Of a stretch of 64,000 nucleotides of DNA, positions 1 to 9,154 are shown one piece after another (within the stretch, counting starts at the first letter, position 1; the number at the start of each line of letters is the position of its first letter). A model generated the notes under the pieces. The model did not search any database. It was given only the letters and a program-made list of their open reading frames with translations, and had not been told where the DNA came from. The position numbers were made by a program, and so were the translations under genes. The stretch comes from an uncultured delta proteobacterium (GTDB lineage: Bacteria; Desulfobacterota; Desulfobacteria; Desulfobacterales; JAHEIW01), in NCBI GenBank assembly GCA_963706575.1, contig CAVPNL010000015.1:448001-512000 (forward strand), written 5' to 3'.

Positions 1-160
1 TATTTATCGGCCTTGAAGCTAAAATCTTTATTTTATTTAACACATTAAGAATTTTATTGGTTTTGCCGATAATAAATCTGTCTTTTTCATGGCTGCGCCG
101 CATATGGATTACACTCAAAAACCGCCAAATTCCGATAGAACTGCGGAAAGGTGATCAAAT

Positions 161-1324
161 TTGAAAGTGCCTGAATTTATAAAGAAATCTTCATCACAAC
201 AATTCAAAATAGATCGAAATACCGTTGAGCACATTATCGACGGTTCCATCGTGATCAATTCAATTGATTTGATGCTCGACATTTTGAAAAAATTTCCGGC
301 CGAACCGTATCTCGTCAGGATATATGCGGACTTAATTTTAAAATATAAGATGCATGAGGCGGCGGCGAAAGCCTATAACCGGGCCGCCGTCCTTTTTTTG
401 AACAGCGGTAAGATGCTGCCGGCGATCGTGGCAAAAATTTCTCAATGGCACATAGAAATGCCTTCCGATCAACATGTAAAATCATTTTTATCCGAGCTCG
501 ACAATAACCATAACCGGGAGCTGCCGATCGGCCATTTCTTTTCCAAATTATCCATCCACGAGTTAAAGGCGCTTTGCTCCCTTTTTGAAAATATCCGCTT
601 GCCTGCCGGGAAGGTCGTTAAAGAGATTGGAGATCCGGAAGATCATTTATTTTTTATTGTATCGGGACGATTGAAAGATTCCATTTACCTGACGCTGCAA
701 AATCAAAGAAAGGTATTCAGAAAGCCCACACTAACGCTGTCGGAAAATGATTACTTCGGAGATATCTACCCGTTTAACAAAGAGCAGCAGTCTCAATCCT
801 ATATAGAGACTCTCGAACCGGTAGAGCTGGCCAAAATCCCCAAAGAAAAACTCATGCGGATCTGCCGCAAATACCCGAATATTGAACTGGGGATTATCGA
901 CTTGCTCAGCATTCGATCAATTGCCGACAAAGAAGCACCGGCTGACGAAATTCGAAAGGAAACTCGCTACAAATTCACCTTAAGGCTGGAACTTGAAATT
1001 TATCCGGAGAATGACCCTGAGCAGGCCATTTACCTGGAAGGCGATTCCGAAGACATTTCGATCGGCGGCATGAGTATTAACATTGAACCAACCAATATCC
1101 GCGAGCCGCACACGGTTTCCAGTCTTGAAAAAACTATCTCAGATCTCAAAATAAACGTCAGTGTTGTAACCCAAACCCTGTTGTTGAAAATCTCCGGTAA
1201 GATCGCCTGGCATCGTGAAGTTGTCCATAACGGGGCCAAAACAGTGGCGCTGGGTATGCAGTTTGATGAAATGTCTCCCAAAGTTCGCGGTCTGCTGTTT
1301 GCCCTGTTTAACAGTCTGGATTGA
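161..1324 (+). CDS. cNMP-binding domain + C-terminal PilZ domain protein
   Basis: cNMP-fold signature (GDPEDHLFFIVSG...DYFGD) and PilZ motifs RKETR and DISIGG; helical N-terminus; TTG start uncertain. Confidence 0.75.
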   Translation: MKVPEFIKKSSSQQFKIDRNTVEHIIDGSIVINSIDLMLDILKKFPAEPYLVRIYADLILKYKMHEAAAKAYNRAAVLFLNSGKMLPAIVAKISQWHIEMPSDQHVKSFLSELDNNHNRELPIGHFFSKLSIHELKALCSLFENIRLPAGKVVKEIGDPEDHLFFIVSGRLKDSIYLTLQNQRKVFRKPTLTLSENDYFGDIYPFNKEQQSQSYIETLEPVELAKIPKEKLMRICRKYPNIELGIIDLLSIRSIADKEAPADEIRKETRYKFTLRLELEIYPENDPEQAIYLEGDSEDISIGGMSINIEPTNIREPHTVSSLEKTISDLKINVSVVTQTLLLKISGKIAWHREVVHNGAKTVALGMQFDEMSPKVRGLLFALFNSLD

Positions 1325-1595
1325 TTTTGCTTGACATTTAAACGGGTTTCAAAATAAGAAGAATCGTATCGTGTGATCTCTATGGTTCAATCTCACTTTT
1401 AAAGCTTACTCCCATTATCAATTCTTGAAACGACTATGATTTTACCTGCAGGACACCTCCGAAAGCGCTGATTTCTTCTCCCACAGAAATGTTTGGTTTC
1501 CGGTTAACTTGAAATTAAAAATCCAGGTTATGAGACCGAGGTATGTTTTTATGAAATACCTCACACTTTAAACCCTGTAGTGAAAGGAGGGTGTT

Positions 1596-1946
1596 ATGGC
1601 TAACCAGGCAATATTTTTAGGCTGGAATCGTCCCGCTCGAGGCCGCGAAGAGCAAGCGATGAAACTGTGGGGAAAAACGATGGAGTATTATGGAAAATTG
1701 CAGGCTGAAGGTCGAATTGAAAGCTTTGAACCGGTGATTCTGACGGCACATGGCGGTGATTTGAATGGTTTTTTTCTCATCAGAGGTGATGCTGAAAAGC
1801 TCAGTGAGATCCGGCGTGAAGATGATTTTGTTAACTTCGCTATCGAGGCGGGTTACTGTCTGGATGGTTTCGGAATCGTCAACGGCTATATCGGAGAAGC
1901 ATTAAACGATGCTTTTACTCGCTGGTCGAAACTTGTTTCCGGGTAA
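1596..1946 (+). CDS. hypothetical protein (possible dimeric alpha+beta barrel)
   Basis: 116 aa ORF with strong AGGAGG RBS and a downstream terminator. Confidence 0.7.
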   Translation: MANQAIFLGWNRPARGREEQAMKLWGKTMEYYGKLQAEGRIESFEPVILTAHGGDLNGFFLIRGDAEKLSEIRREDDFVNFAIEAGYCLDGFGIVNGYIGEALNDAFTRWSKLVSG

Positions 1947-1985
1947 TCGATTTAATTTTAAAGTTATTTTAAAAAACAAAGTGAA

Positions 1986-2017
1986 TGGGCAGAGTCATTA
2001 GTGGTTCTGCCTTTTTC
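1986..2017 (+). terminator. intrinsic terminator
   Basis: gggcagagtca...tggttctgcct stem followed by a T run. Confidence 0.6.
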
Positions 2018-2436
2018 ATAACCAGCCACAGCCCATCTTCGCTTTAAAGAGCTTCCGTCTTCGTTAAAACTTCGCCGGACAAGTCGCCGCAGCAGACCTC
2101 ACACGGACACACCCAAACATCTGGCCGAACGACCAGAATTTTCTGCTACTCTGCGCGCTTTTTTATGTTCTTCCATAACAGCCTTCTTTTTTGCAGGAAA
2201 ATCGCCTTGATGATGTTCAAATTAGAAAGTAAGCCGATTCTTTCCTTTTTATTTGACCCGGTATATCTATATATAATATAGAGTTTAGAAGGGGCACAGA
2301 TCTTTCATGATACCTGACCTAAAACAAGTTTTATCACCTGGCGCAAAACATCGGTCTGTTTCCGGCAGACTATTTACTTTCTTCTTCTTTCAGAGTCGCC
2401 CCAATCATTAATTTTTATTCAGACAAGGAGGACAAG

Positions 2437-2799
2437 ATGGCAACACAGGACAAATGCTGTACGATCGTACCTTACTTCAAAGTTCAGAGCGATCAACTTG
2501 GTGCTTTTAAGGAAATATGCGAGCAATTTGTTGAAAAATCCAGCACGGAGCCGAAATGCCTGTTTTACGGATTCAGTTTCGACGGCGACACGGCCCATTG
2601 CCGTGAAGGCTATCAAGATGCCGAGGGTGCGCTGGCCCATCTTGAAAATGTCGGTGCGCTGCTGCAAGAAGCCCTCAAGATTTCCGAAATCACGCGTCTG
2701 GAAATCCACGGCCCCGAAGAAGAACTGGCAAAGCTGCGTGAGCCGCTGGCTGATTTGCAGCCCCAATTTTTTACGCTGGAGTATGGTTTCCGCCGATAG
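2437..2799 (+). CDS. ABM-like (dimeric alpha+beta barrel) protein
   Basis: AGGAGG RBS; EPKCLFYGF...REGYQDAEGALAHL pattern typical of ABM-like proteins. Confidence 0.65.
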   Translation: MATQDKCCTIVPYFKVQSDQLGAFKEICEQFVEKSSTEPKCLFYGFSFDGDTAHCREGYQDAEGALAHLENVGALLQEALKISEITRLEIHGPEEELAKLREPLADLQPQFFTLEYGFRR

Positions 2800-3342
2800 G
2801 GGGACCACAGCAGATACGCCCGGCTATTCTTTTCTCATTTAAGTCCCGCCTTAAGAAGGGCAGCAATATAGCGCTCGATATCGGTTTTATTTTTGTAAGG
2901 AAGTGTTTTTGAAAAGGACGTAGTACCGGATCAGAATAAAATGATAATTTGCTTGTAATCCGATCCCGAAGCGATTATGCTATTTAGTGGGGGACAAGAG
3001 TTTCATCCGTTGATCGAATACTAGTAGCGGCAAACCGTATTTCACCTACAAACCGGCCTGGTTTTTTCGCAAAGCGACTTCTCACCGTTCATCATCACAT
3101 CGAATCATTGACAACAGCGACAACAGCGCATCGCAAACGATTTTACGTCACGCTGAATAAAACATCGCACTCTCTGTCTCTGGCCTATTTTCACCAAATC
3201 ATTGCTTTCCCTTGTTGAACTGTTCGGCAGGGTAACCCGACATTCTCGACTGCCCCTCGGAACCGGGAAAACAAAGCGGTGGTGCGTGGAAATTCCTTAG
3301 ACCCCCGTCAGGCATTTCACCACTAAAAGAAAGGAGGTTACC

Positions 3343-3972
3343 ATGGACAAGCCCACCGTTAATTACGAAACCCTTATTCGTATCACCAAGGCGATTTCCA
3401 TGATCCGGGATCCGGAAGAAATCGTTCTGATCACGGTGGAGGGCGTCACCCATGCCCTGAACGTCAAAGGTTGCACGCTGTTTCTGTTTAGTCCCAGGAG
3501 CCAGGAGCTCAAACTTGCCGGCAGTTATGGCCTGAGCAACAATTATCTGGACAAGGGTCCCGTGAGCGCGCTGCGTTCGATTGCAGCAGCCCTTCAGGAT
3601 GGCCAGCCGGTAGCCATATTCGATGTTGCCGATGATCCCCGCATTCAATATCCGGATGCCGCCATAAAAGAGAGCATCGCTTCAATCCTTTCGGTGCCGA
3701 TCATTATTGGAGAAAAACTGGTCGGCTGCATGCGGGTTTACACCGCCGAGCCCTGGGAATTCACTTTAAACGACGTTAATTTCGTTCAGGCAGTTGCCCA
3801 GATCGTCGGCATGAGCCTGGAAATGTGCCGGGTCAACAAGGGCCTAAAAGACAGCATCGACATTTTAAAGACCATGCGGGATCCCAAGACCTTGAAATCC
3901 AAAAGGCGAACACCGTACGAGGGGGTCCCCAGGAGCTTCGGTAACGAGGAGATGCCACAGACCGGTGCCTGA
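3343..3972 (+). CDS. stand-alone GAF domain protein
   Basis: GAF motifs DVADDPRIQYP...ESIASILSVPI...VGCMRVY; AGGAGG RBS. Confidence 0.85.
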   Translation: MDKPTVNYETLIRITKAISMIRDPEEIVLITVEGVTHALNVKGCTLFLFSPRSQELKLAGSYGLSNNYLDKGPVSALRSIAAALQDGQPVAIFDVADDPRIQYPDAAIKESIASILSVPIIIGEKLVGCMRVYTAEPWEFTLNDVNFVQAVAQIVGMSLEMCRVNKGLKDSIDILKTMRDPKTLKSKRRTPYEGVPRSFGNEEMPQTGA

Positions 3973-4174
3973 TAATGGGTAGTGGCTCATGGAACGTGCA
4001 AAAAAAAACACAGGTCTGTTAAATTTTGTATAATTTTAAGTCGACAAATAGACGCTGAATTTATAAAAACACAGAAAATTCAGGCAGTTAAGGGTTTGGC
4101 ATATTATTTGTATTGCTAACTGATATTATTAAATAATACGGGAATAATGTTAAACGCACAGGGAAACCTTCAAA

Positions 4175-4489
4175 ATGTACAGCAATTACATCCCCAATGG
4201 CCAAACCCAGAATTCAGAGAGAAGAAAAGATGCCCGCAAAAAAGTCAACGGAATCCGGCTGCTGGTTGCAGATTGCCGGACCATGGAAAGCGACTTTCAG
4301 GCGCCCATTAACAATATCAGTTCAGGCGGTGTTTTTATTGACACCAGGCAACGTCTGTTCGTCGGCCAGGAGATCGCGATAACTTTTGATTTCCCCGGCA
4401 CCCGAAAAACGATAATGGCAAACGGTGAAATTGTTCGAACCTCGTTTGAAGGCGCCGGCATCCGATTCAGGATGTTTTTTAAAAAATAA
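4175..4489 (+). CDS. PilZ domain protein
   Basis: ERRKDAR (RxxxR), NISSGGVFI, C-terminal GAGIRF. Confidence 0.8.
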   Translation: MYSNYIPNGQTQNSERRKDARKKVNGIRLLVADCRTMESDFQAPINNISSGGVFIDTRQRLFVGQEIAITFDFPGTRKTIMANGEIVRTSFEGAGIRFRMFFKK

Positions 4490-4523
4490 ATCGACTTTAT
4501 TAAACCTTTTATTTGCTAAAATA

Positions 4524-4554
4524 AAGGCAGTCACAATTTTATGGCTGCCTTTTT
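4524..4554 (+). terminator. intrinsic terminator
   Basis: aaggcagtca...tggctgcctt stem plus T run. Confidence 0.6.
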
Positions 4555-4737
4555 ATTTGACCATTTGCCAATTAATGAGTATAAATATTTGTAGCTAAAC
4601 ATTGATTTCTCACGACATCTGACCTGCACTGCGTTTTTGATCTGTTAAACCGGACCAGGTCTCACTTCACTCTTCTCCGAAGACTCTCGACTCTGATTTT
4701 TTGCGTTGTGAAAACCTTAACCAAAGGGGAGGACCCC

Positions 4738-4811
4738 ATGGCCATCAGGGTTTTAAACGCAAACATGCTGCCCTCCTCGCCGTCGATGTCGTCCGTTACG
4801 GCCCTCTGATG
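4738..4811 (+). pseudogene. relic N-terminus of a class III adenylate/guanylate cyclase-like gene
   Basis: GGAGG RBS + ATG, then after a 1-nt shift QGFKRKHAALLAVDVVRYGPLM, resembling the FKRKLxAILxADVxGYSRLM cyclase start. Confidence 0.45.
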
Positions 4812-4853
4812 AACGGCATCAACATAAGGTCTCCAAAGGGAGGGAACAAATCT

Positions 4854-5243
4854 ATGACAAAAGAAATTCTAATCGTAGATGATGAGCCCGGTGTCGTGGT
4901 GGCTATTCAGTTTCTAATGGAGCAGCAGGGTTACAATGTCCTGGTCGCAAATAGCGGCGAAGATGCCCTGGAGGTGATTTATAAATACAAGCCGGATCTT
5001 GCGATTCTGGATATCATGCTTCCCGGAATTAGTGGCTGGGAGGTTTGTGAAATTGTGCGTTTAAATCCCGATTATCGAAACGTGAAAATCGTTTTTTTAA
5101 CGGCCCGGGGCGATGAGGCGGAAATCGCCAGGGGCCTGGCCCTGGGGGCGGATGCCTATATTACCAAGCCATTTTCCAATGACCAGCTTATCGCCGAAGT
5201 CAACACACTATTAGAAAATGCCCTAGAGAAGACTGGAAATTAA
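4854..5243 (+). CDS. single-domain response regulator receiver
   Basis: ILIVDDEP, DLAILDIMLP, LTA, YITKPF; start moved to ATG 4854 behind GGAGGG. Confidence 0.9.
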   Translation: MTKEILIVDDEPGVVVAIQFLMEQQGYNVLVANSGEDALEVIYKYKPDLAILDIMLPGISGWEVCEIVRLNPDYRNVKIVFLTARGDEAEIARGLALGADAYITKPFSNDQLIAEVNTLLENALEKTGN

Positions 5244-5336
5244 ATTTCGCGGAACTTGTGTGCCTTTGGAGGCGTTGCGGATGAATCGCAAACTTTAAAT
5301 TTTTAAAAGTTTAATAATTAAGAAAGGGGGGGCAAC

Positions 5337-5888
5337 ATGAAAAAGCAACTCATCAATTACGAAACGCTTCTCAAGGTAACCAAGGCGATGTCCATGTCCA
5401 ACAGACCCGAAGAGGTTGTCCAGTTAACCGTGGATAGCGTAAAAGCATCACTGGAAATAAAGGGCTGTGCGCTGTTTCTGATTGACCCCCAAAAAAAAGT
5501 ATTGGAAGTCGCCGCTTCCTGCGGGCTGAGCGCTGAATATTTAAAAAAAGGACCTTTGAGCTCGATACGCTCCATTGGCGAATCTATGACGGACGGACCG
5601 GTGGCGATTTACGATGTGAGCGATGACCCCAGAATCCAATACCCGGACGCTGCAAAAAAAGAAGGCATCGCATCGATTTTGGCCGTGCCCATTTACAGTC
5701 GCGGAAACATTATCGGTTCTATGCGCGTATATTCCGCAGAACAATGGGAGTTCACCCTGGAGGATGTAAATTTTGTACAGGCCGTGGCTCAAATCGCCGG
5801 GATTCTCATCGATATGTGCCGACTCTATCAGGGGCAAAAAGAATTTAACGAAGTTTTAATGGAAATGCGAGAAGCGCGAGCAATGTGA
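5337..5888 (+). CDS. stand-alone GAF domain protein (paralog of 3343..3972)
   Basis: shares INYETL, DDPRIQYPDAA, WEFTL.DVNFVQAVAQI with the 3343 protein. Confidence 0.85.
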   Translation: MKKQLINYETLLKVTKAMSMSNRPEEVVQLTVDSVKASLEIKGCALFLIDPQKKVLEVAASCGLSAEYLKKGPLSSIRSIGESMTDGPVAIYDVSDDPRIQYPDAAKKEGIASILAVPIYSRGNIIGSMRVYSAEQWEFTLEDVNFVQAVAQIAGILIDMCRLYQGQKEFNEVLMEMREARAM

Positions 5889-6001
5889 ATTCTATCAAGC
5901 ATTGGGAATACGGATAGCCAACAAAAAGAAAAGTGTTGGCCTGAAATCATTTCGTAGAATCTAATTTTTCTGACAAACAGATATCGGCTTAATTATTCGA
6001 A

Positions 6002-7876
6002 ATGGAAACCATCGCTGCTGACAACTGGGAATCGGCAGTCGTTTCCCCGGAAATCGTGACCGGCAAAATTAAGCCCGGGATGAGTATATTTTTAGGGACA
6101 GCAGGGGCCGAACCGCGTACCATGGTTCGACATCTGATGACCGCTGACACCAAAAATTTAGAAGATCTCGAGCTGATTCAGCTGGTCAGCTTCGGGGATG
6201 CCGTTTCCCTGCAAACGCTGCAATCCCAGAAGTTCCGTTTAACAACTTTCTTTTCCGGCTGGGTAGCAAATGAAGCCATCGAAGAGGGTCGGGTGGACAT
6301 GATCCCCAGTCGGTTCGTAAAGATTCCCCAATTAATCGAATCCCGCCTGGCACCGGTTGATGTTGCAATCGTTCAGATTACACCTCCCAATGAAGCCGGA
6401 TATTGCAGCCTCGGCATCGCTGTTGATGTGGCCCGGGAAGCTCTGGAACAGGCCACCATTTGCGTGGGTGAAATCAACACGCAAATCCCCCGTACCCTGG
6501 GGGATACATTTATTCACCTATCCGAATTTGACTTTTTGGTCCGTTCAACAGACGCACCGATATATTTCGACCGCTGGAAAACCAATGAAATCTGGGATCA
6601 GGTCGCTTTAAATGCCGCCTCATTAATTGAAGATGGAAGCTGCCTGGCATTTTCAATCGGTCCCTTATACGAGTCGCTGGCCAAACAATTGAGGAATAAG
6701 CGCCATCTGGGAATCCACTCACCCTTTTTTACGGACCCGCTGATGGATCTAATGCAAAGTGGGGCGGTCACCAATCGTCGCAAAGACACCTATCGCGGCC
6801 AATCCCTGACGTCTTATGCTCTGGGTACACCTGAGCTCATGCACTGGCTGGACAACAATCCCCTGGTAGAGTTCCAGCGAATCGATAAGGTGTTTAACCC
6901 GTTGATCATCGGCCGCAACCCTAAATTTGTCACCGTCGTTGCTGCCAGAAAGGTGGATTTATACGGCCGAATCGGGCTCTATGTAGGGAAAGGCAATGTG
7001 GCCTCCGGACCTGCCGAGGTGATGGATTTTTTAAGTGGTGCGGAACTGTCAGATGGCGGGCGCTCCATCTTTGCCCTGACCAGCCAGGATCCAAAGGGGT
7101 TGCCGAACATTCTGCTGTCTATCGCCGATCTGCCCAACCAGTTTAGCGCATTCGAATCTGTGGGTGCCATCGTTACGGAATACGGTGTGGCCTTCTTGCA
7201 GGGACGCAGTATCAGGGAGCGGGCGCAGGCCCTGATTGATATCGCCCATCCGGACGACCGGGCAATCCTTGTGCAAAAAGCAAAAGAGAATAGGATCTTA
7301 TACCAGGACCAGATTTTTCTGGCAGAAAGTGGGCGCCTCTATCCGGCAGACATTGCTGAAACCTATACGGTCAGAGATGATCTTAAGTTAAGGTTTAGAG
7401 CCATCAAACCCTCTGATGAGGAAGGCATGCGTCATCTGTTTTATCGGTTTTCAGAAAAAACGGTATACTACCGCTATTTTCAAACCGTCAGAAGCATGCC
7501 GCATGCCAAAATGCAAGAATACGTCAATGTGGACTGGAATCAGGTCATGTCCATCGTCGGTCTGGTTGGGGAGGAGGGCAAAGGTCGCATCATCGCCGAG
7601 GCGCGCTATATCAAAATTCCAGGAAATCCGTTTGCCGAGGTGGTTTTTGTGGTGGACGAAAATTATCAGGGTTTTGGAATTGCCACTTTTTTATACCGGA
7701 TGTTGATTCGTGTAGCCAGGGAGCGCGGCGTCAGGGGATTCGTGGCCGAAGTCTTATATTCCAATATCGGTGGCATTATGAAGGTTTTTAAAAAAGGGGA
7801 TTTACCGGTAAAGGCGCATCTGGAAGGCGGTGTCTATCACCTTGAAATCCCATTCAATTCGGTGACGAAGGTTTGA
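6002..7876 (+). CDS. acetyl-CoA hydrolase/transferase family - GNAT acetyltransferase fusion
   Basis: N-terminal CoA-transferase-like domain (GYCSLGIAVDVA, VTEYGVA.L.GRSIRERA.ALI.IAHP) and C-terminal GNAT (RAIKPSDE, YQGFGIAT). Confidence 0.85.
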   Translation: METIAADNWESAVVSPEIVTGKIKPGMSIFLGTAGAEPRTMVRHLMTADTKNLEDLELIQLVSFGDAVSLQTLQSQKFRLTTFFSGWVANEAIEEGRVDMIPSRFVKIPQLIESRLAPVDVAIVQITPPNEAGYCSLGIAVDVAREALEQATICVGEINTQIPRTLGDTFIHLSEFDFLVRSTDAPIYFDRWKTNEIWDQVALNAASLIEDGSCLAFSIGPLYESLAKQLRNKRHLGIHSPFFTDPLMDLMQSGAVTNRRKDTYRGQSLTSYALGTPELMHWLDNNPLVEFQRIDKVFNPLIIGRNPKFVTVVAARKVDLYGRIGLYVGKGNVASGPAEVMDFLSGAELSDGGRSIFALTSQDPKGLPNILLSIADLPNQFSAFESVGAIVTEYGVAFLQGRSIRERAQALIDIAHPDDRAILVQKAKENRILYQDQIFLAESGRLYPADIAETYTVRDDLKLRFRAIKPSDEEGMRHLFYRFSEKTVYYRYFQTVRSMPHAKMQEYVNVDWNQVMSIVGLVGEEGKGRIIAEARYIKIPGNPFAEVVFVVDENYQGFGIATFLYRMLIRVARERGVRGFVAEVLYSNIGGIMKVFKKGDLPVKAHLEGGVYHLEIPFNSVTKV

Positions 7877-7924
7877 TGTATTCATTTCTGCGATCTATGC
7901 GTCTTTACGGTCAATAAATTGACC

Positions 7925-9121
7925 TTATCCTTCTTTATTGCTTCGAAAAAGCTTTAGCCACGCGGCGCCGCTCATCGCCACCAGCCCTAAAGTTGCAAAC
8001 GCCACCCCCCATCCAACGGTTCCGTTACCGGCTATATCCAACACGGCGCCAACCGCAAGCGGTGCCAGAAATCCCATCGAAAGCCCGATAAATGAGTACA
8101 ATGCCATCGTTCGGCCTGTCTCTTCAGCCCTGGCTGCGGATACCAAACCCGCAGTCAGAGAACCGCTGTCTGTAATAATTGCAATCCAGTATGCAAAACA
8201 AAGACCGGTCACCATTATAAATGTCAGACTGGCTGCAAATCCGATGAGACATCCGATAAGACCGGAAATGAGCATGACGATGGTAATAAAGCGTCTTCGA
8301 CCCCAGTGCAAAGCGCCTTCATTGCCGAGAATGCTTGCCGGCACACCGGCTAAAAGGATTAGCGTTACAAGGCTCTGAGGGCTGAGCCTAAGATTGATCT
8401 GTGGTTGGAGACTCAGACTGAAAAACATAAATGCGACCATCCATGAACGAAAACCGAAAAGTTCCCAGCAATGGGCAGCATAGCCCAGCATATATCCTAT
8501 GGCCGAACGGTTTCGAAGGGCAGGCCGGAAATCCAAAAAGGATGTTCCGGCCGCTTGATCGACTGTCTGCGGCGGCTTGGGTCTGACGGCCAACGCAAAG
8601 AGTACAACCCCAGCAACCGGAAACAGCCCCATTAATATCGCCGCCCAGCGCCAGCCGAAATAGCCGGTCAGCCATCCCGCCAAAAATACGGACAGGGCGT
8701 TTCCAACACCAATGGAAGCCGTATAGAATGATATTGCCCGGCTTTGATTTGCACCGCTAATCCTGTCACTCAGCGCCCTCACGCCCGGCATATAGGTGCC
8801 GGCAAAGCTGATTCCTGCCAGAAGGCGAAATGCCGTTGCCGTCCAGATACCCTGCGCCACTAACCCAAAGCCCATCAAAGAAACCGCGCCTAATCCTGCG
8901 GAGAGCAAATAAATTTTGCGTGGGTCCACGCGGTCTGTTAAACTCGCCAAAATAGGCACGCTGGCAGCATACCCGCCGAAATAGATGCCACTGATCCAGC
9001 CGGCCTCCGTATTGGTAAGCCCCCATTCGGCCTGAAAATTCGGCAGCAGCGCCGGAAAATAGTTAATCGCCGCAATAGAAAAAATTTGAGAAAGGCAGAC
9101 ACGGATAATTAAAGAATTCAT
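7925..9121 (-). CDS. MFS transporter
   Basis: about 12 hydrophobic segments, LTDRVDPR loop motif; ATG at 9121. Confidence 0.85.
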   Translation of the reverse strand: MNSLIIRVCLSQIFSIAAINYFPALLPNFQAEWGLTNTEAGWISGIYFGGYAASVPILASLTDRVDPRKIYLLSAGLGAVSLMGFGLVAQGIWTATAFRLLAGISFAGTYMPGVRALSDRISGANQSRAISFYTASIGVGNALSVFLAGWLTGYFGWRWAAILMGLFPVAGVVLFALAVRPKPPQTVDQAAGTSFLDFRPALRNRSAIGYMLGYAAHCWELFGFRSWMVAFMFFSLSLQPQINLRLSPQSLVTLILLAGVPASILGNEGALHWGRRRFITIVMLISGLIGCLIGFAASLTFIMVTGLCFAYWIAIITDSGSLTAGLVSAARAEETGRTMALYSFIGLSMGFLAPLAVGAVLDIAGNGTVGWGVAFATLGLVAMSGAAWLKLFRSNKEG

Positions 9122-9154
9122 CTTCGAATAGGCCAAAGGAAGGAAGTTTTAAAA

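Noticed and set aside
3025..3080. GGCAAACC...CGCAAAGC words like a c-di-GMP-I riboswitch
   Set aside because: The required stems and spacing cannot be formed convincingly.
4152..4176. CGCACAGGGAAACC resembling the start of a c-di-GMP-I riboswitch upstream of a PilZ gene
   Set aside because: The GNRA-capped stem, the GCAAAG segment and P3 are missing, and the ATG follows immediately.
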